Below are positions 62,821 to 64,000 of a stretch of 64,000 nt of DNA, one piece after another. The position numbers were made by a program, and so were the translations under genes. Source of the DNA: Octopus bimaculoides (Eukaryota); NCBI RefSeq assembly GCF_001194135.2, contig NC_068994.1:44179931-44243930 (forward strand), read 5' to 3'. The notes under the pieces were generated by a model. It had not been told where the DNA came from. It saw only the letters and a list, made by a program, of their open reading frames with translations, and searched no databases. Position 1 is the stretch's first letter. Every line of letters begins with the position of its first letter.

Positions 62821-63174
62821 CTCTGTCGCTTACGACGGCGAGGGTTCCAGTTGATCCGATCAACGTAGCCTGCTCGTAAAATTAACGTGCAAGTGGCTGA
62901 GCACTCCACAGACACGTGTACCCTTAACGTAGTTCTCGGGGAGATTCAGGGTGACACAGAGAGTGTCAAGGCTGGCCCTTTGAAATACAGGTACAACAGA
63001 AACAGGAAGTAAGAGAAAGTTGTGGTGGAAGAGTACAGCAGGGTTCGCCGGTGTCTCGTAGAGCTTTAGGTGTTTCCGCTCAATAAACACTCATAACGCC
63101 CGGTCTGGGAATCGAAACCGCGATCCTATGACCGCATATCCGCTGCCCTAACCACTGGGCCATTGCGCCACCAC
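62821..63174 (-). mobile_element. SINE-C, full length, young, 15-bp TSD
   Basis: Head ggcgcaatggcccagtggttagggcagcgg...cggtttcgattccc; TSD cgtagcaatattaca at 62806-62820 and 63175-63189. Confidence 0.95.
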
Positions 63175-64000
63175 CGTAGCAATATTACAAACAGGCTGCA
63201 TTCATGAAATAAAATAAGTACCCACTTGAAATGAATATTGATCGACTAAATTGCTTGAAGGTTGTGTTACCGCATGGCCAGGGTCCAATCACCGAAGTTA
63301 ACCATCGGAAGAGGATTAAGTTCTAAGTCAACACATATTTCTGTAAAATGTCTAACCAGAAATAATTCGGTTGCTTACATTTCTTAGAAAATTCACCGCA
63401 AAAGTAATGTGGAAGGAAATAGTCTACGTTTATTTTCAGCTGTGAAAGAGCCAGAAAGCAACCTAATTATTCGTCGTATGTATTTCAGACATATCTCCCT
63501 AACTAGAATTAAATATTTTATATCAGTAAAAAATTATTTTAATTCGTAAGAGATGGAAACGACATTACTAGCATTCTTCATTCAAAAAATTTAGCGACGA
63601 GGCTGTGACGAAATATATACAGATATACCTCAACTTACGTCTTTTCAAGTTGCATCTTTTCCAAATTTTGGTTGTTTGAGGTGGGGGGTTGTTCTTACAG
63701 AAATTATCGAAAATTTTAAACCGCAAAACTCCAGTCTATTTCTCCAACTTTACGTCGATCTCAGTAAACATATTTAATATAAACATTTAAAAAAAAACTT
63801 AAAATCCAATACTAAAATGGAAAGGTCCAGATGAATTATATGTAATCTGAACCTTTCCCCCCTTTTTTTTTTTTTACGGAATCCCACGTTTTAGGCTATG
63901 GAGATTCCGATTCTGAAAAAAAAATTTTCAAAAATCTCAAATTCAAAATTTCGATTCCCTCCACCCCCATTTCCTCATTTTAAAATATTTTCCGGGAATT

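Overview
AT-rich, microsatellite-saturated eukaryotic draft-assembly DNA with seven larger N gaps and several ~10-N gaps. The repeat content is most consistent with a coleoid cephalopod (octopus); this is my inference from recalled repeat families and is not verified. There is no prokaryotic content, no CRISPR array and no intact transposase or reverse transcriptase. Nearly all ORF-track entries are artefacts of microsatellites, N runs or antisense SINE sequence. The window is intron/intergenic-like and dominated by three tRNA-headed SINE-type families (working labels SINE-A, -B, -C) and an RTE-LINE 3'-tail family (D). It also carries fossil RTE and CR1-like LINE fragments, hAT- and piggyBac-like MITEs, minisatellites and trinucleotide tracts. 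I found a few candidate small exons (plus strand ~1.9, 27.8 and 29.7 kb; minus strand ~61.6-61.8 kb) but could not assemble or name a gene. The best lead is a TSD-flanked, tRNA-headed element at 59219-59500 (-) whose tail folds into a minimal Penelope-type hammerhead ribozyme. Other leads are a 265-bp fold-back SINE hairpin (51121-51737), head/tail swapping among the SINEs, and a switch in SINE-A orientation near 43 kb. Repeat boundaries were read by eye and are approximate (about +/-10-20 bp) unless a TSD is given.
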